IMG/VR virus record: IMGVR_UViG_3300025425_001694
Origin: a virus
Length of the DNA stretch: 64,000 nucleotides
Direction: 5' to 3' (one strand)
Part shown: positions 55,410-64,000 of the stretch, one piece after another
Numbering within the stretch: the first letter of the stretch is position 1
Layout: every line of letters starts with the position of its first letter
Made by a program: the position numbers and the translations under genes
Notes under the pieces: model-generated
What the model saw: only the letters and a program-made list of their open reading frames with translations
Database searches by the model: none
Told to the model about the DNA's origin: nothing

Positions 55410-55438
55410 TTGACATTCTCTTTAGAATCAGATAGATT
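55410..55438 (+). promoter_or_regulatory. Early promoter with GANTC in spacer
   Basis: TTGACATT..TAGAATCAG.TAGATT. Confidence 0.78.
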
Positions 55439-55468
55439 GTATATATCAAATGGAAAAGGAATAACACA

Positions 55469-55828
55469 ATGACAAAGACAATCACAAAATTCGACAAACC
55501 AACACTTCGCAACCTTCGTACTGAAATGCAAGCATTGCTTGAGTCATATGGTGTTAAAACTAATTTGGATATCACGGTAGGAAACATGAGTTTCTCAGAT
55601 GCTGAAGTCAATATTAAAATCCAAGTAAAAGTAAAAGGTGCAGTTACTATGACTGACAGAATTCTTCAAATGGAAGTTGATCGTCTTGGTCTAGTAACAG
55701 TCAATAAAGCAGGAGATAAACTTGTAGAGTATAAAACGCGTGCTCAAAAATACTCATTCGTATATGAGTCTCGTGGAAAAATGTATAAGACCGACGAACG
55801 TGGTGTTCAAGCCCGGTTCGCGGCATAA
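55469..55828 (+). CDS. Early hypothetical protein
   Basis: AAGGA RBS after early promoter. Confidence 0.6.
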   Translation: MTKTITKFDKPTLRNLRTEMQALLESYGVKTNLDITVGNMSFSDAEVNIKIQVKVKGAVTMTDRILQMEVDRLGLVTVNKAGDKLVEYKTRAQKYSFVYESRGKMYKTDERGVQARFAA

Positions 55829-55846
55829 GTTAAGAAAGAATATAAT

Positions 55847-56425
55847 ATGAAATTGAATGAAAAACTAATCCTCGTAGATTGCGACGGTGTATTGCTTGAT
55901 TGGCAATATTCCTTTTATAAATGGATGGAAGCACGGGGTCATACTCCGCTTTCGTACGATGAATATGATATGGGTAAAGTATTTAATATGCCTTATTCTG
56001 AAGCAAAACAAATGTGTGAATATTTTAATACATCGGCAGCAATTGGATGGCTAACTCCATTCCGTGATGCTGTTAAATACGTACGCAAACTTCACGAAGA
56101 TCACGGCTATGTTTTCCACTGCATTACATCGCTGTCAACAGACAAATATGCTGGTAAACTTCGTAAGAAAAACCTTGAAGCTATTTTTGGTAAAAAAGTT
56201 TTTGAAGAGGTTATTTGTCTAGAATGCGGTGGAGACAAGGATGAAGCCTTGCTACCATATAAAGATACCGGCTGTGCATGGATCGAAGATAAAGAGTCTA
56301 ACGCAGACCTCGGTTTAGAACTTGGTTTAAATTCGATGCTTATTGAACATGGTCATAATAAAAATTATGCTGGTGAAGCAATAAAAGTTGCAAATTGGAA
56401 AGAAATATACGATCTTATTGTATAA
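55847..56425 (+). CDS. HAD-family nucleotidase/phosphatase (T4 30.2-like)
   Basis: DCDGVLLDW, ITSL, WIEDK. Confidence 0.8.
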   Translation: MKLNEKLILVDCDGVLLDWQYSFYKWMEARGHTPLSYDEYDMGKVFNMPYSEAKQMCEYFNTSAAIGWLTPFRDAVKYVRKLHEDHGYVFHCITSLSTDKYAGKLRKKNLEAIFGKKVFEEVICLECGGDKDEALLPYKDTGCAWIEDKESNADLGLELGLNSMLIEHGHNKNYAGEAIKVANWKEIYDLIV

Positions 56426-56428
56426 ATA
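56421..56428 (+). promoter_or_regulatory. T4-type late promoter
   Basis: TATAAATA. Confidence 0.65.
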
Positions 56429-56457
56429 AAGGTAATACAGATTAGTTATATTATGCT

Positions 56458-56488
56458 AAGGCGGTTCTGTATGGATCGCCTTTTTTTT
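56458..56488 (+). terminator. Rho-independent terminator
   Basis: aaggcggttc-tgtat-ggatcgcctt-tttttt. Confidence 0.75.
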
Positions 56489-56507
56489 ATTTATTAAAGG
56501 AGACTTA

Positions 56508-56741
56508 ATGCCTCATTATAGTTTTGAAAACAAAGAAACAAATGAACAATTTGATAAGATTATGAGCATGTCCGAACGCGAGACATATCTAATAGAAAAC
56601 CCCACCATAAAACAAATATTCAAGAGATTTCCGGGAATCGTTGACTCGGTACGCATTGGTGTCCGTAGACCTGATGATAATTTTCGTGATGTATTACAAA
56701 AAGCAAAAGTTCATAAAGATAACACAATAAACATACGATAG
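56508..56741 (+). CDS. FmdB-like small protein (Cys-less variant)
   Basis: MP.Y.F start ... PDD.FRDVL. Confidence 0.55.
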   Translation: MPHYSFENKETNEQFDKIMSMSERETYLIENPTIKQIFKRFPGIVDSVRIGVRRPDDNFRDVLQKAKVHKDNTINIR

Positions 56742-56777
56742 GAAATGAAATATTTTCCTAATTCGTAAGGAGGTTTC

Positions 56778-57530
56778 ATGGCAACACAGCAGCGTAGATT
56801 ATCTAAAAGAGAAAAGCGTAGACAGGAAAGAGAAATGGATCATATAGTTGGTATTTTAAACCAAAAGTTTTCAATGCGAAAGATCAGTCCATTAACTCCA
56901 ACACAAAGCGATTTATTTCAATCTTATAAACAAGGATACAATCTCGCAGCCATCGGAACAGCAGGTACAGGAAAAACAATGTGTGCTACATACTTAGCAC
57001 TCAAAGATGTACTAGAGAAAGGAGAGTATGAAAAGGTCGTCATAGTTAGATCTGCAGTTCAGACGCGCGAGCAGGGGTTTGTACCCGGCACACTAGAACA
57101 AAAGGAAGCAATATTTGAAGCTCCTTATGTTGACATAGTTAACGATTTATTTAAAAGAAAAGACGCTTATCAAATACTTAAAATGAAAGGAATGATTAAA
57201 TTCACAACTTCTTCAAATATTAGAGGCCTTACATTTGATAACTCAATCATAATTGTTGATGAATGTCAATCCATGAATTATCACGAACTCGATACTATTA
57301 TTACACGGGTTGGTGAATCGTCAAAAATTGTATTCTGCGGTGATACAGCACAGGACGATTTAGCTACTTCTAAAAATAGAGCTGATAATTCAGGACTGCA
57401 CGACTTTTTAAAAGTTCTTAATCAAATCACGTCTTTTAACGTTATAAATTTTGGAGTAGACGATATTGTTCGCTCCGGGCTTGTAAAAGAATATATAATT
57501 GCAAAAGAAAAAATATTAGAAGCTGCTTAA
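56778..57530 (+). CDS. phoH: PhoH-like ATPase
   Basis: GTAGTGKT, GFVPG, RGLTF, IIVDECQ, GD..Q.DL, DIVRSGLVK. Confidence 0.95.
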   Translation: MATQQRRLSKREKRRQEREMDHIVGILNQKFSMRKISPLTPTQSDLFQSYKQGYNLAAIGTAGTGKTMCATYLALKDVLEKGEYEKVVIVRSAVQTREQGFVPGTLEQKEAIFEAPYVDIVNDLFKRKDAYQILKMKGMIKFTTSSNIRGLTFDNSIIIVDECQSMNYHELDTIITRVGESSKIVFCGDTAQDDLATSKNRADNSGLHDFLKVLNQITSFNVINFGVDDIVRSGLVKEYIIAKEKILEAA

Positions 57531-57536
57531 ATACTG

Positions 57537-57577
57537 ATTAGCGCCTCTTTATAAATAAAAGTAAAAGAGGCGCTAAT
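57537..57577 (+). promoter_or_regulatory. Late promoter in the loop of a 14-bp hairpin that sequesters the PAAR gene SD
   Basis: attagcgcctcttt / aaagaggcgctaat arms; TATAAATA at 57550-57. Confidence 0.8.
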
Positions 57578-57580
57578 ATT

Positions 57581-57883
57581 ATGAGTGGAAAAGCAATAGT
57601 AAGAGATAGAATAGATCGTCATTATGGCCACGCATCTCCAACACCAAACCCATTTCATCAAACACCATACAATTCAACAAAACAATCCAAGGTGTTTGTT
57701 GAAACACGCAAAGCAATCGTAAAAGGTGACAAGACCGCGTGTGGAGATCCAGCTGTAGGCGCATCTACAAAGGTTTTTGCGCAAGGGATTGGCGTGCACA
57801 GAAAATTAGATACTACAGAGGGTCATGGTACTTGGGTTGCAAACGCCGCCAGTTCAGGATCTGGCAAAGTTTTTGCAGGTTGA
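57581..57883 (+). CDS. PAAR-repeat baseplate spike tip (gp5.4-like)
   Basis: SKVFV..K.IV.KGD.TACGD...G.S.KVFA...HRK.D...GH ... GSGKVFAG. Confidence 0.85.
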   Translation: MSGKAIVRDRIDRHYGHASPTPNPFHQTPYNSTKQSKVFVETRKAIVKGDKTACGDPAVGASTKVFAQGIGVHRKLDTTEGHGTWVANAASSGSGKVFAG

Positions 57884-57889
57884 TGATTA

Positions 57890-58150
57890 ATGAGTACTAA
57901 ACCAAATTACAGAGATTTACTTGCCCAAATTGCGGCAGAAACAGACCCTGTTGAAAAACAGCGCCTGATTGAACTCTGTTTTCAATTTGTTTTTGACGAT
58001 ATAACTGATGAAGACAAAATAGCCTTTTCGTATGTTAACGACGATTATGTAGTACCAAACCCAGGTTATCAACCATATGGACCGGGAACGGTAGGTCTTT
58101 TTGCAGCCTACGTCGGCCTGTATTACAGTGACGAAGGAGAAACTACATAA
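57890..58150 (+). CDS. Hypothetical virion-region protein
   Basis: Late operon; YV..DYV.PNPGY. Confidence 0.5.
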   Translation: MSTKPNYRDLLAQIAAETDPVEKQRLIELCFQFVFDDITDEDKIAFSYVNDDYVVPNPGYQPYGPGTVGLFAAYVGLYYSDEGETT

Positions 58151-58809
58151 TGGCTGTTGTAACGCTAAGACGCAATAAAGGTTTCGCTTTAACGTTTGAC
58201 GAATTAGATGACAACTTTGCAGCTCTCTCCGGAGGGTTACTTTCTCTTGGTTTAACAATTTCTGACACTGCACCCGCAAATCCGACTGACGGCGAATTGT
58301 GGTTGGATACAGGGATAACAAATAGAACGTTTACTTGGTACGCAAATATATCCGCGTGGGTTGATATTTCTCCTGGCAATAAAACAACAGTTTCAGGGAC
58401 AGAACCTGCTACAAAGAATACTGGCGACGCCTGGTTTGATACTTCAAGTGGCGGCATTGGTTCTTTAGTAATATGGAATGGAAACGCGTGGCTTGAGGTA
58501 ATTGGGGCAGGTGGTGGAGGGGGAGGCGGCGCCAGCAGCGTCACTAGGACTGTTCAAACAGGCAGTATTCGCCATGATTCATCTATAACCTTTGCGGATG
58601 TACAAGTGGGTGACCAGCTAATAATCACCAGTATTGGTACTGGCACATTAGACCTTCGGTCAACAATTAACAGCACACCTTCAGGCTCTTCGTACACAGA
58701 TGATACTATCATTGATGTGACTATAGCAGGCTCATATCTCTTCTTCATACCCGACTTCTTATCAACTCAAAGTAATCAGGTAATTATTTCACAGACAAGG
58801 AGTACATAA
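58150..58809 (+). CDS. Virion (tail/baseplate-associated) protein
   Basis: [10 protein letters not shown] head, two G(E/D)xW.DT repeats, poly-Gly hinge. Confidence 0.6.
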   Translation: MAVVTLRRNKGFALTFDELDDNFAALSGGLLSLGLTISDTAPANPTDGELWLDTGITNRTFTWYANISAWVDISPGNKTTVSGTEPATKNTGDAWFDTSSGGIGSLVIWNGNAWLEVIGAGGGGGGGASSVTRTVQTGSIRHDSSITFADVQVGDQLIITSIGTGTLDLRSTINSTPSGSSYTDDTIIDVTIAGSYLFFIPDFLSTQSNQVIISQTRST

Positions 58810-58811
58810 TA

Positions 58812-61800
58812 ATGGCATTCCCAACAAATCCAGTTAACGGCGATACATATGTTGTTGGCTCTATTGTATTTACTTATAATGCCGCTACGAATGTATGGGT
58901 TAGATCCACTAGCGCAGTATCTGCGCAAGGTACTCAAGGTACTCAAGGTTCTGGCGGTACTGACGGCGCTCAAGGATTTCAAGGTACTGATGGCCGTGGT
59001 TTTGACGGATTTCAAGGAACACAAGGAGAAACCGGCGAAGGTATCCAGGGTTTACAGGGCCGGCGAGGTATCCAAGGTATCCAAGGATTTCAAGGTGTAC
59101 AGGGCATTCAGGGAAACCAAGGAATGCAAGGAATGCAAGGCATTCAGGGACTTCAAGGAAATCAAGGTGTCCAAGGTATGCAGGGCATCCAAGGAGTACA
59201 AGGATTCCAAGGCATTCAAGGAGACCAAGGAGTACAAGGTACTGGGGGTCTAGGATCTCAAGGATTCCAAGGTACTACTGGTGAACAAGGTGTCCAAGGT
59301 AGAGCTGGATATGGTAACCAAGGACTACAAGGTATCCAAGGATATACTGGCGACCAAGGTATTCAAGGAACCCAAGGTTCTCAAGGAAACCAAGGCTTTC
59401 AAGGTATACAAGGATATCTAGGTATACAAGGCGACCAGGGCGTTCAAGGTGTACAAGGTATTGCAGTTCAAGGTACTACTGGTGCTGGGTTTCAAGGTAC
59501 TGTTGGGCAACAGGGCCTCCAAGGCGTACAAGGTATGCAAGGATTCCAAGGTATTCAAGGTACTCAAGGTGTACAAGGTCTTATGGGAGAGCAAGGCCTC
59601 CAAGGAGATCAGGGACTTCAAGGCGCGTTTGGCCCCGCTTTAAACATTATTGGTGCAGTAAGCGATGTTAACGCAAATCCGCCAAACGACCCAAATACAT
59701 TATTAAACGCAGGATTTCCGTCAGCAGGAGTTGGTGAGACTGTTATAGATGAAGCTTCAAACGATTTGTGGGCATATACTGGCGGTAGCGTTTGGATAAA
59801 TGTTGGACCAATAAGAGGCGTTCAAGGTTTTCAAGGGATACAAGGGGCGGCTATCCAAGGCATACAAGGTATGCAAGGTACACAAGCGGCGCAAGGTTCG
59901 CAAGGTGTCCAAGGAAATCTCGGAACACAAGGTACGCAGGGTACACAAGGCATCCAAGGTATGCAGGGCATGCAGGGTATGCAAGGGTTCCAAGGAATTC
60001 AAGGAGAGCAAGGTGTACAAGGTGCTATTGGTATTGGTACACAGGGTATTCAAGGTCGCCAAGGTATTCAAGGTTTTGACGGTATTCAAGGTATCCAAGG
60101 CGAGCAAGGTATTCAGGGCCTTCAAGGTGGGCAAGGTATGCAAGGCTTCCAAGGTATGCAAGGCATACAAGGAACGCAGGGTATACAAGGCGGTGGCGGC
60201 CAGCAAGGATTACAAGGAAGCCAAGGATTACAAGGCTTCCAAGGTATTCAAGGTAAAACTGGAGATCCATTTAGAATACTTGGATCTATTGAAGACGTTA
60301 ATGTTAATTTCCCAGCACGTACTCCTGAAGAAATAATAAGAGAAGCCTTTGGGCCTACGTTAGATGGTCAGCCGCCGACAGAAAGGCCAGCAATTGCTAG
60401 CCCAGATTTGTCTGACGGCATAATCGATGAAGAACTAAATGAATTTTGGCTGTGGAACGGTACTGAATGGATTAACACTGGTAATATTGTCGGGCCGCAC
60501 GGTATTCAAGGTATTCAAGGTCGCCAAGGTATTCAAGGTATTCAAGGTCGCCAAGGTATTCAAGGTGTACAAGGTATTCAAGGTGTACAAGGTATCCAGG
60601 GTCCGGTTGGACAGGGTCTTCAAGGTAGTCAGGCTTCACAAGGTATCATAGGAAATCGTGGTTTCCAAGGATTTCAAGGTATTCAAGGTCGCCAAGGTTC
60701 TCAAGGTACTCAAGGCATGCAGGGTATCCAAGGTGTACAAGGTGTACAAGGTAACACAGGTAACCCGTTTAGAATACTTGGAACTATAGCAGACGTAAAT
60801 CAGGCTCCTACATTTGACCCACAAGTAATATTGGAAACAGCCTTCCCAGATGCTGTACCAGGTGATGCGGTTATAGATGAATTGGAAAACGACCTGTGGA
60901 CGTTTACTCCTGACGATGGTGGAGAATGGATAAACGTAGGAAATATCGTTGGTCCTCAGGGTATTCAAGGTATTCAAGGTATCCAAGGCATGCAAGGTAT
61001 GCAAGGTATTCAAGGCGAACAAGGCACGCAAGGCAGCCAAGGTGTTCAAGGCTCGTACGGTCGGCAAGGTATTCAAGGTACTGGTAATGCTGGTTTCCAA
61101 GGTATTACTGGTGACCAAGGTGTACAAGGTATTCAGGGTTTACGTGGCCCTGGGCAAGGTGTGCAAGGTATTCAGGGCGAACAAGGTATTCAAGGCATAC
61201 AGGGAACGCTAGGTATTCAAGGTCGCCAAGGTATTCAAGGTCGTCAAGGATTACAAGGTATTCAGGGTCGCCAAGGTATTCAAGGTATGCAAGGCGAGCA
61301 AGGTATTCAGGGTGTGCAGGGTATGCAGGGTACTCAAGGTCGCCAGGGTATTCAGGGTCGCCAAGGTATTCAAGGTGTACAAGGTATCCAGGGTATTCAA
61401 GGACTACAGGGTATTCAGGGCATTCAGGGACTTCAAGGAAATCAAGGTGTCCAAGGTATGCAGGGCATCCAAGGAGTACAAGGATTCCAAGGCATTCAGG
61501 GTCGCCTAGGCGAGCAAGGTACTCAAGGTAAGACCGGGGCTGGTACTCAAGGTGCCCAAGGTCGCCAAGGTATACGAGGTGATACTGGCTTACAGGGTAT
61601 TTATGGAGTTCAAGGTTCTCAAGGTACTCAGGGTTCTCAAGGGAATCAGGGATTTCAGGGATTTCAAGGATTTCAAGGATTTCAAGGATTTCAGGGTTTC
61701 CAAGGATTGGTTGGCCATGGCCTTCAAGGACAGGCAGGGTCGACGCAGGGTACCCAGGGCTCTATAGGACCGGGCGGTGGGACAACATTACCGATAGGTC

Positions 61801-63686
61801 AAGAAGGTGAAGTACTCTATAATACTCAGGATGATACAAATAACGCAGCGTTTGATGATCTTGTAAATATAGAACCTATTATTGTAACGAGTGAAAGCGA
61901 AGCTGCAGCCTATTTTACCGAACCCGGCCCATCGGCACCGACGCCACAGGAGATCTTTAACAATTGGTATAGGTTTTCACACAATTCAGGAACAAATTAT
62001 CCAGCAAACGCGGCTGAAACTGCTTCGTCGCAATGGCAGTTTGATGCCGGAACACAAGAAATCGTTGGGGTAACCAACACGGGCACTGCTGTTGGCTTTG
62101 TTTCGGATCTTGAGTATTCATACTATACCTTATCATACACTTTAAGAAGTGGCCAGTACGACAACGATACGATTGGTGTTGTTCTTGCGTATATAACAGA
62201 AGGAACTTTTGGGCAGGCAGGTTATAGAGAACACACACTAACAGCATTTAGAACTGGCGGCGGTACTCAAGGAGCGCGTACATGGGGTGTTTCATATAAT
62301 ATTCTGCAAAGCGATGAGCAGATTATTGCCGACGGATCTCCTGCGGTGCCAACGACCGGTGTTTGGCATTCACTTGGATCTACGATCGTTGACGTAGATA
62401 GGCAAGGCGATATAATAACTGTAAAAACTTCTCCATTTGGTAGTGCATTATTGAGCCAAGCTTCAACTCTTACCATTGATCTAACTAGCAATCCAGTTCT
62501 CGAAAAGTTTAGAGGTCCAAAAGCTTACGGTTACATGGCTCATAGTCAAGGGGATGCGAGATTTAAAGGTGATTTTAGCGGTGTTTCATCCACAGACAAT
62601 GTTGTTTATGATGTTGTATCTGGTAAAGTTTACGGCTCACAAGTAACCCTGCCGTATTATAAAGAGTTAGTAGGAGCTGCGTCGTTTAATGACATTACAG
62701 AACCAGGCCGTTTCTATAACAACCCAGATAACAAGATTACTACCTGGAGATCTTCCTTTGATGAGAATAATTATCTAATAGGGGGCAGTGGAAGTGGAGG
62801 TACACAGGGTACACAAGGAACTACCGGGGCAGGCAGCATTGATTGTGTAGATTGCTACTATGATGAACCAACAGATACAACTAATAGTGTGGCGTTTCAC
62901 TCAAAACAATCCATGTATTTGTTTATTGATGATAACAATAATGTGGGTGAAGATTCGAATTACTTTGGCTTCTATAATGACTTAGATCCTTATACTGACA
63001 CGGTGAATAGGGATAATACAATCTTTAGGATAGATCAAGACGGGTCTGTTAGAACAACGAATGCGATATACGCAACAACGAGCGGTATTAAGTTTCCTGT
63101 TGATGCGTATGGGGGGTCGGGTGATACCGCAATGATTGATTTAAGAACAGGTGGCGGAGAAGCTACTCAACTTACTCTTCAAGTGACAAACGACGCGGAT
63201 GACGAAATACATTTTAGAGCTCCAACGGATAATGGTGTAAAAGTTAATGGATACACTGTATGGCACGAGGGAAATCATGACTGTAGTGGCGGCGGCGGCA
63301 CTGGCCTTGCTTCAAGAGCCAATTTAACAACAACGACATCTTCATTAGCAAATGATGTAAGTGAAAACGTTGACTTAACTGGCTATAAAGGATATGTGGT
63401 CTACACAATCACAACTGACCGGGCAGCTTGGGTTAGATTATATATCAATGCGGCGAGCAGAACGGCCGATGCAAGTAGAAACGAGCTTACAGACCCAGAT
63501 CCAGATGCAGGCGTAATCCTAGAAGTTATAACAAATGGCGCTGAAACCGTTGTCATTTCACCGGGTGTATTTGGATATAATGGAGAAGCTCCAGCAACAA
63601 CAACTATACCAATGAGAGTAACAAATAAATCAGGATCAACTAGCACAGTGCAGGTAGCAGTTACTGCGCTTCAATTAGAGGCATAA
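58812..63686 (+). CDS. Collagen-like tail fibre (1624 aa) with G-X-Q repeats, three knob domains and lectin-like C-terminal region
   Basis: MAFP.NP..GD start, long (Gly-X-Gln)n runs, globular C-terminus. Confidence 0.8.
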   Translation: MAFPTNPVNGDTYVVGSIVFTYNAATNVWVRSTSAVSAQGTQGTQGSGGTDGAQGFQGTDGRGFDGFQGTQGETGEGIQGLQGRRGIQGIQGFQGVQGIQGNQGMQGMQGIQGLQGNQGVQGMQGIQGVQGFQGIQGDQGVQGTGGLGSQGFQGTTGEQGVQGRAGYGNQGLQGIQGYTGDQGIQGTQGSQGNQGFQGIQGYLGIQGDQGVQGVQGIAVQGTTGAGFQGTVGQQGLQGVQGMQGFQGIQGTQGVQGLMGEQGLQGDQGLQGAFGPALNIIGAVSDVNANPPNDPNTLLNAGFPSAGVGETVIDEASNDLWAYTGGSVWINVGPIRGVQGFQGIQGAAIQGIQGMQGTQAAQGSQGVQGNLGTQGTQGTQGIQGMQGMQGMQGFQGIQGEQGVQGAIGIGTQGIQGRQGIQGFDGIQGIQGEQGIQGLQGGQGMQGFQGMQGIQGTQGIQGGGGQQGLQGSQGLQGFQGIQGKTGDPFRILGSIEDVNVNFPARTPEEIIREAFGPTLDGQPPTERPAIASPDLSDGIIDEELNEFWLWNGTEWINTGNIVGPHGIQGIQGRQGIQGIQGRQGIQGVQGIQGVQGIQGPVGQGLQGSQASQGIIGNRGFQGFQGIQGRQGSQGTQGMQGIQGVQGVQGNTGNPFRILGTIADVNQAPTFDPQVILETAFPDAVPGDAVIDELENDLWTFTPDDGGEWINVGNIVGPQGIQGIQGIQGMQGMQGIQGEQGTQGSQGVQGSYGRQGIQGTGNAGFQGITGDQGVQGIQGLRGPGQGVQGIQGEQGIQGIQGTLGIQGRQGIQGRQGLQGIQGRQGIQGMQGEQGIQGVQGMQGTQGRQGIQGRQGIQGVQGIQGIQGLQGIQGIQGLQGNQGVQGMQGIQGVQGFQGIQGRLGEQGTQGKTGAGTQGAQGRQGIRGDTGLQGIYGVQGSQGTQGSQGNQGFQGFQGFQGFQGFQGFQGLVGHGLQGQAGSTQGTQGSIGPGGGTTLPIGQEGEVLYNTQDDTNNAAFDDLVNIEPIIVTSESEAAAYFTEPGPSAPTPQEIFNNWYRFSHNSGTNYPANAAETASSQWQFDAGTQEIVGVTNTGTAVGFVSDLEYSYYTLSYTLRSGQYDNDTIGVVLAYITEGTFGQAGYREHTLTAFRTGGGTQGARTWGVSYNILQSDEQIIADGSPAVPTTGVWHSLGSTIVDVDRQGDIITVKTSPFGSALLSQASTLTIDLTSNPVLEKFRGPKAYGYMAHSQGDARFKGDFSGVSSTDNVVYDVVSGKVYGSQVTLPYYKELVGAASFNDITEPGRFYNNPDNKITTWRSSFDENNYLIGGSGSGGTQGTQGTTGAGSIDCVDCYYDEPTDTTNSVAFHSKQSMYLFIDDNNNVGEDSNYFGFYNDLDPYTDTVNRDNTIFRIDQDGSVRTTNAIYATTSGIKFPVDAYGGSGDTAMIDLRTGGGEATQLTLQVTNDADDEIHFRAPTDNGVKVNGYTVWHEGNHDCSGGGGTGLASRANLTTTTSSLANDVSENVDLTGYKGYVVYTITTDRAAWVRLYINAASRTADASRNELTDPDPDAGVILEVITNGAETVVISPGVFGYNGEAPATTTIPMRVTNKSGSTSTVQVAVTALQLEA
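58925..61775 (+). repeat. 9-nt-periodic CAAGGT/CAGGGT collagen repeat region, four blocks
   Basis: caaggt-NNN periodicity interrupted by three homologous domains. Confidence 0.9.
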
Positions 63687-63689
63687 CAA

Positions 63690-64000
63690 ATGTTAAGAGA
63701 ATGGATCGTTACTCTTTATAATCGTGAAGATCTGGACGATTTTTACGAAGATATGCAAACGCCAGGTGGAAATTTATATATTCCAGACAGAGCTGTTGAT
63801 GTTGCCAAGCAAAGACCTATAAGCAGAAATACTCACTACATGTTAACTGACGAAGAAGCAGAAACGATACGCCAAGACGAAAGAGTTTGGGGAGTTGAAC
63901 TCCTTGAGCTTTTAGAACTATCAACTCGGCCGGCTGGATATAAAATTGAAAATGGTTTGTTTGCTAAAGATTGGGGTGCAGGTGGGCCACCATACACTTC
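63690..64000 (+). CDS. N-terminus of probable S8 peptidase-like virion protein (truncated by window end)
   Basis: MLREWIVTL...FYEDM.TPGG...RPISRNTHYMLT.EEA..I..D.RV resembles prodomain of T4-like S8 proteins. Confidence 0.45.
   Translation, partial: MLREWIVTLYNREDLDDFYEDMQTPGGNLYIPDRAVDVAKQRPISRNTHYMLTDEEAETIRQDERVWGVELLELLELSTRPAGYKIENGLFAKDWGAGGPPYT

Noticed and set aside
58849-61767. Many alternative-frame and minus-strand ORFs (KVFKV/TLNTL-rich) in the fibre gene
   Set aside because: Shadows of the 9-nt collagen periodicity.
1-64000. tRNA, rRNA, CRISPR array, integrase or transposase
   Set aside because: None recognised by eye and intergenic gaps are short. tRNAscan-SE and Infernal would be needed to exclude small RNAs formally.
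1-64000. Stop-codon reassignment
   Set aside because: Core genes are full length in the standard code, and TAA, TGA and TAG all end genes.

Overview
A 64-kb, AT-rich segment of a large T4-like myovirus genome, with nearly all genes on the + strand. The host is most likely a marine alphaproteobacterium, inferred from the porin type, a DUF1127 gene, a hemO-pcyX-like pair and GANTC-rich early promoters. Recognisable T4 core genes are gp33, gp59, gp32, uvsX, gp41, gp61, frd, td, nrdB/nrdA, a dda-like helicase, dNMP kinase, rnh, phoH and PAAR. Accessory blocks are: (i) a porin, a late operon of secreted pilin/chaperone-like proteins and a lipase; (ii) heme oxygenase plus a bilin reductase whose catalytic Asp is Asn; (iii) a 'fractured' ligase-like gene rejoined by a naturally split intein, with a free-standing HNH endonuclease between the halves; (iv) an 8-kb glycosylation island (ColD/Gmd, three GT29 paralogues, other GTs); (v) probable head-packaged proteins and polyproteins with MxxFxxFxxE N-termini and EEVELDE linkers; (vi) an endolysin/spanin lysis block; (vii) a hyperplastic small-ORF region; (viii) a 1624-aa collagen-like fibre. 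Sigma70-type early promoters, TATAAATA late promoters and SD-sequestering hairpins are visible. No tRNA, rRNA or CRISPR array was recognised. All family calls come from motif recognition by eye, not from database searches.
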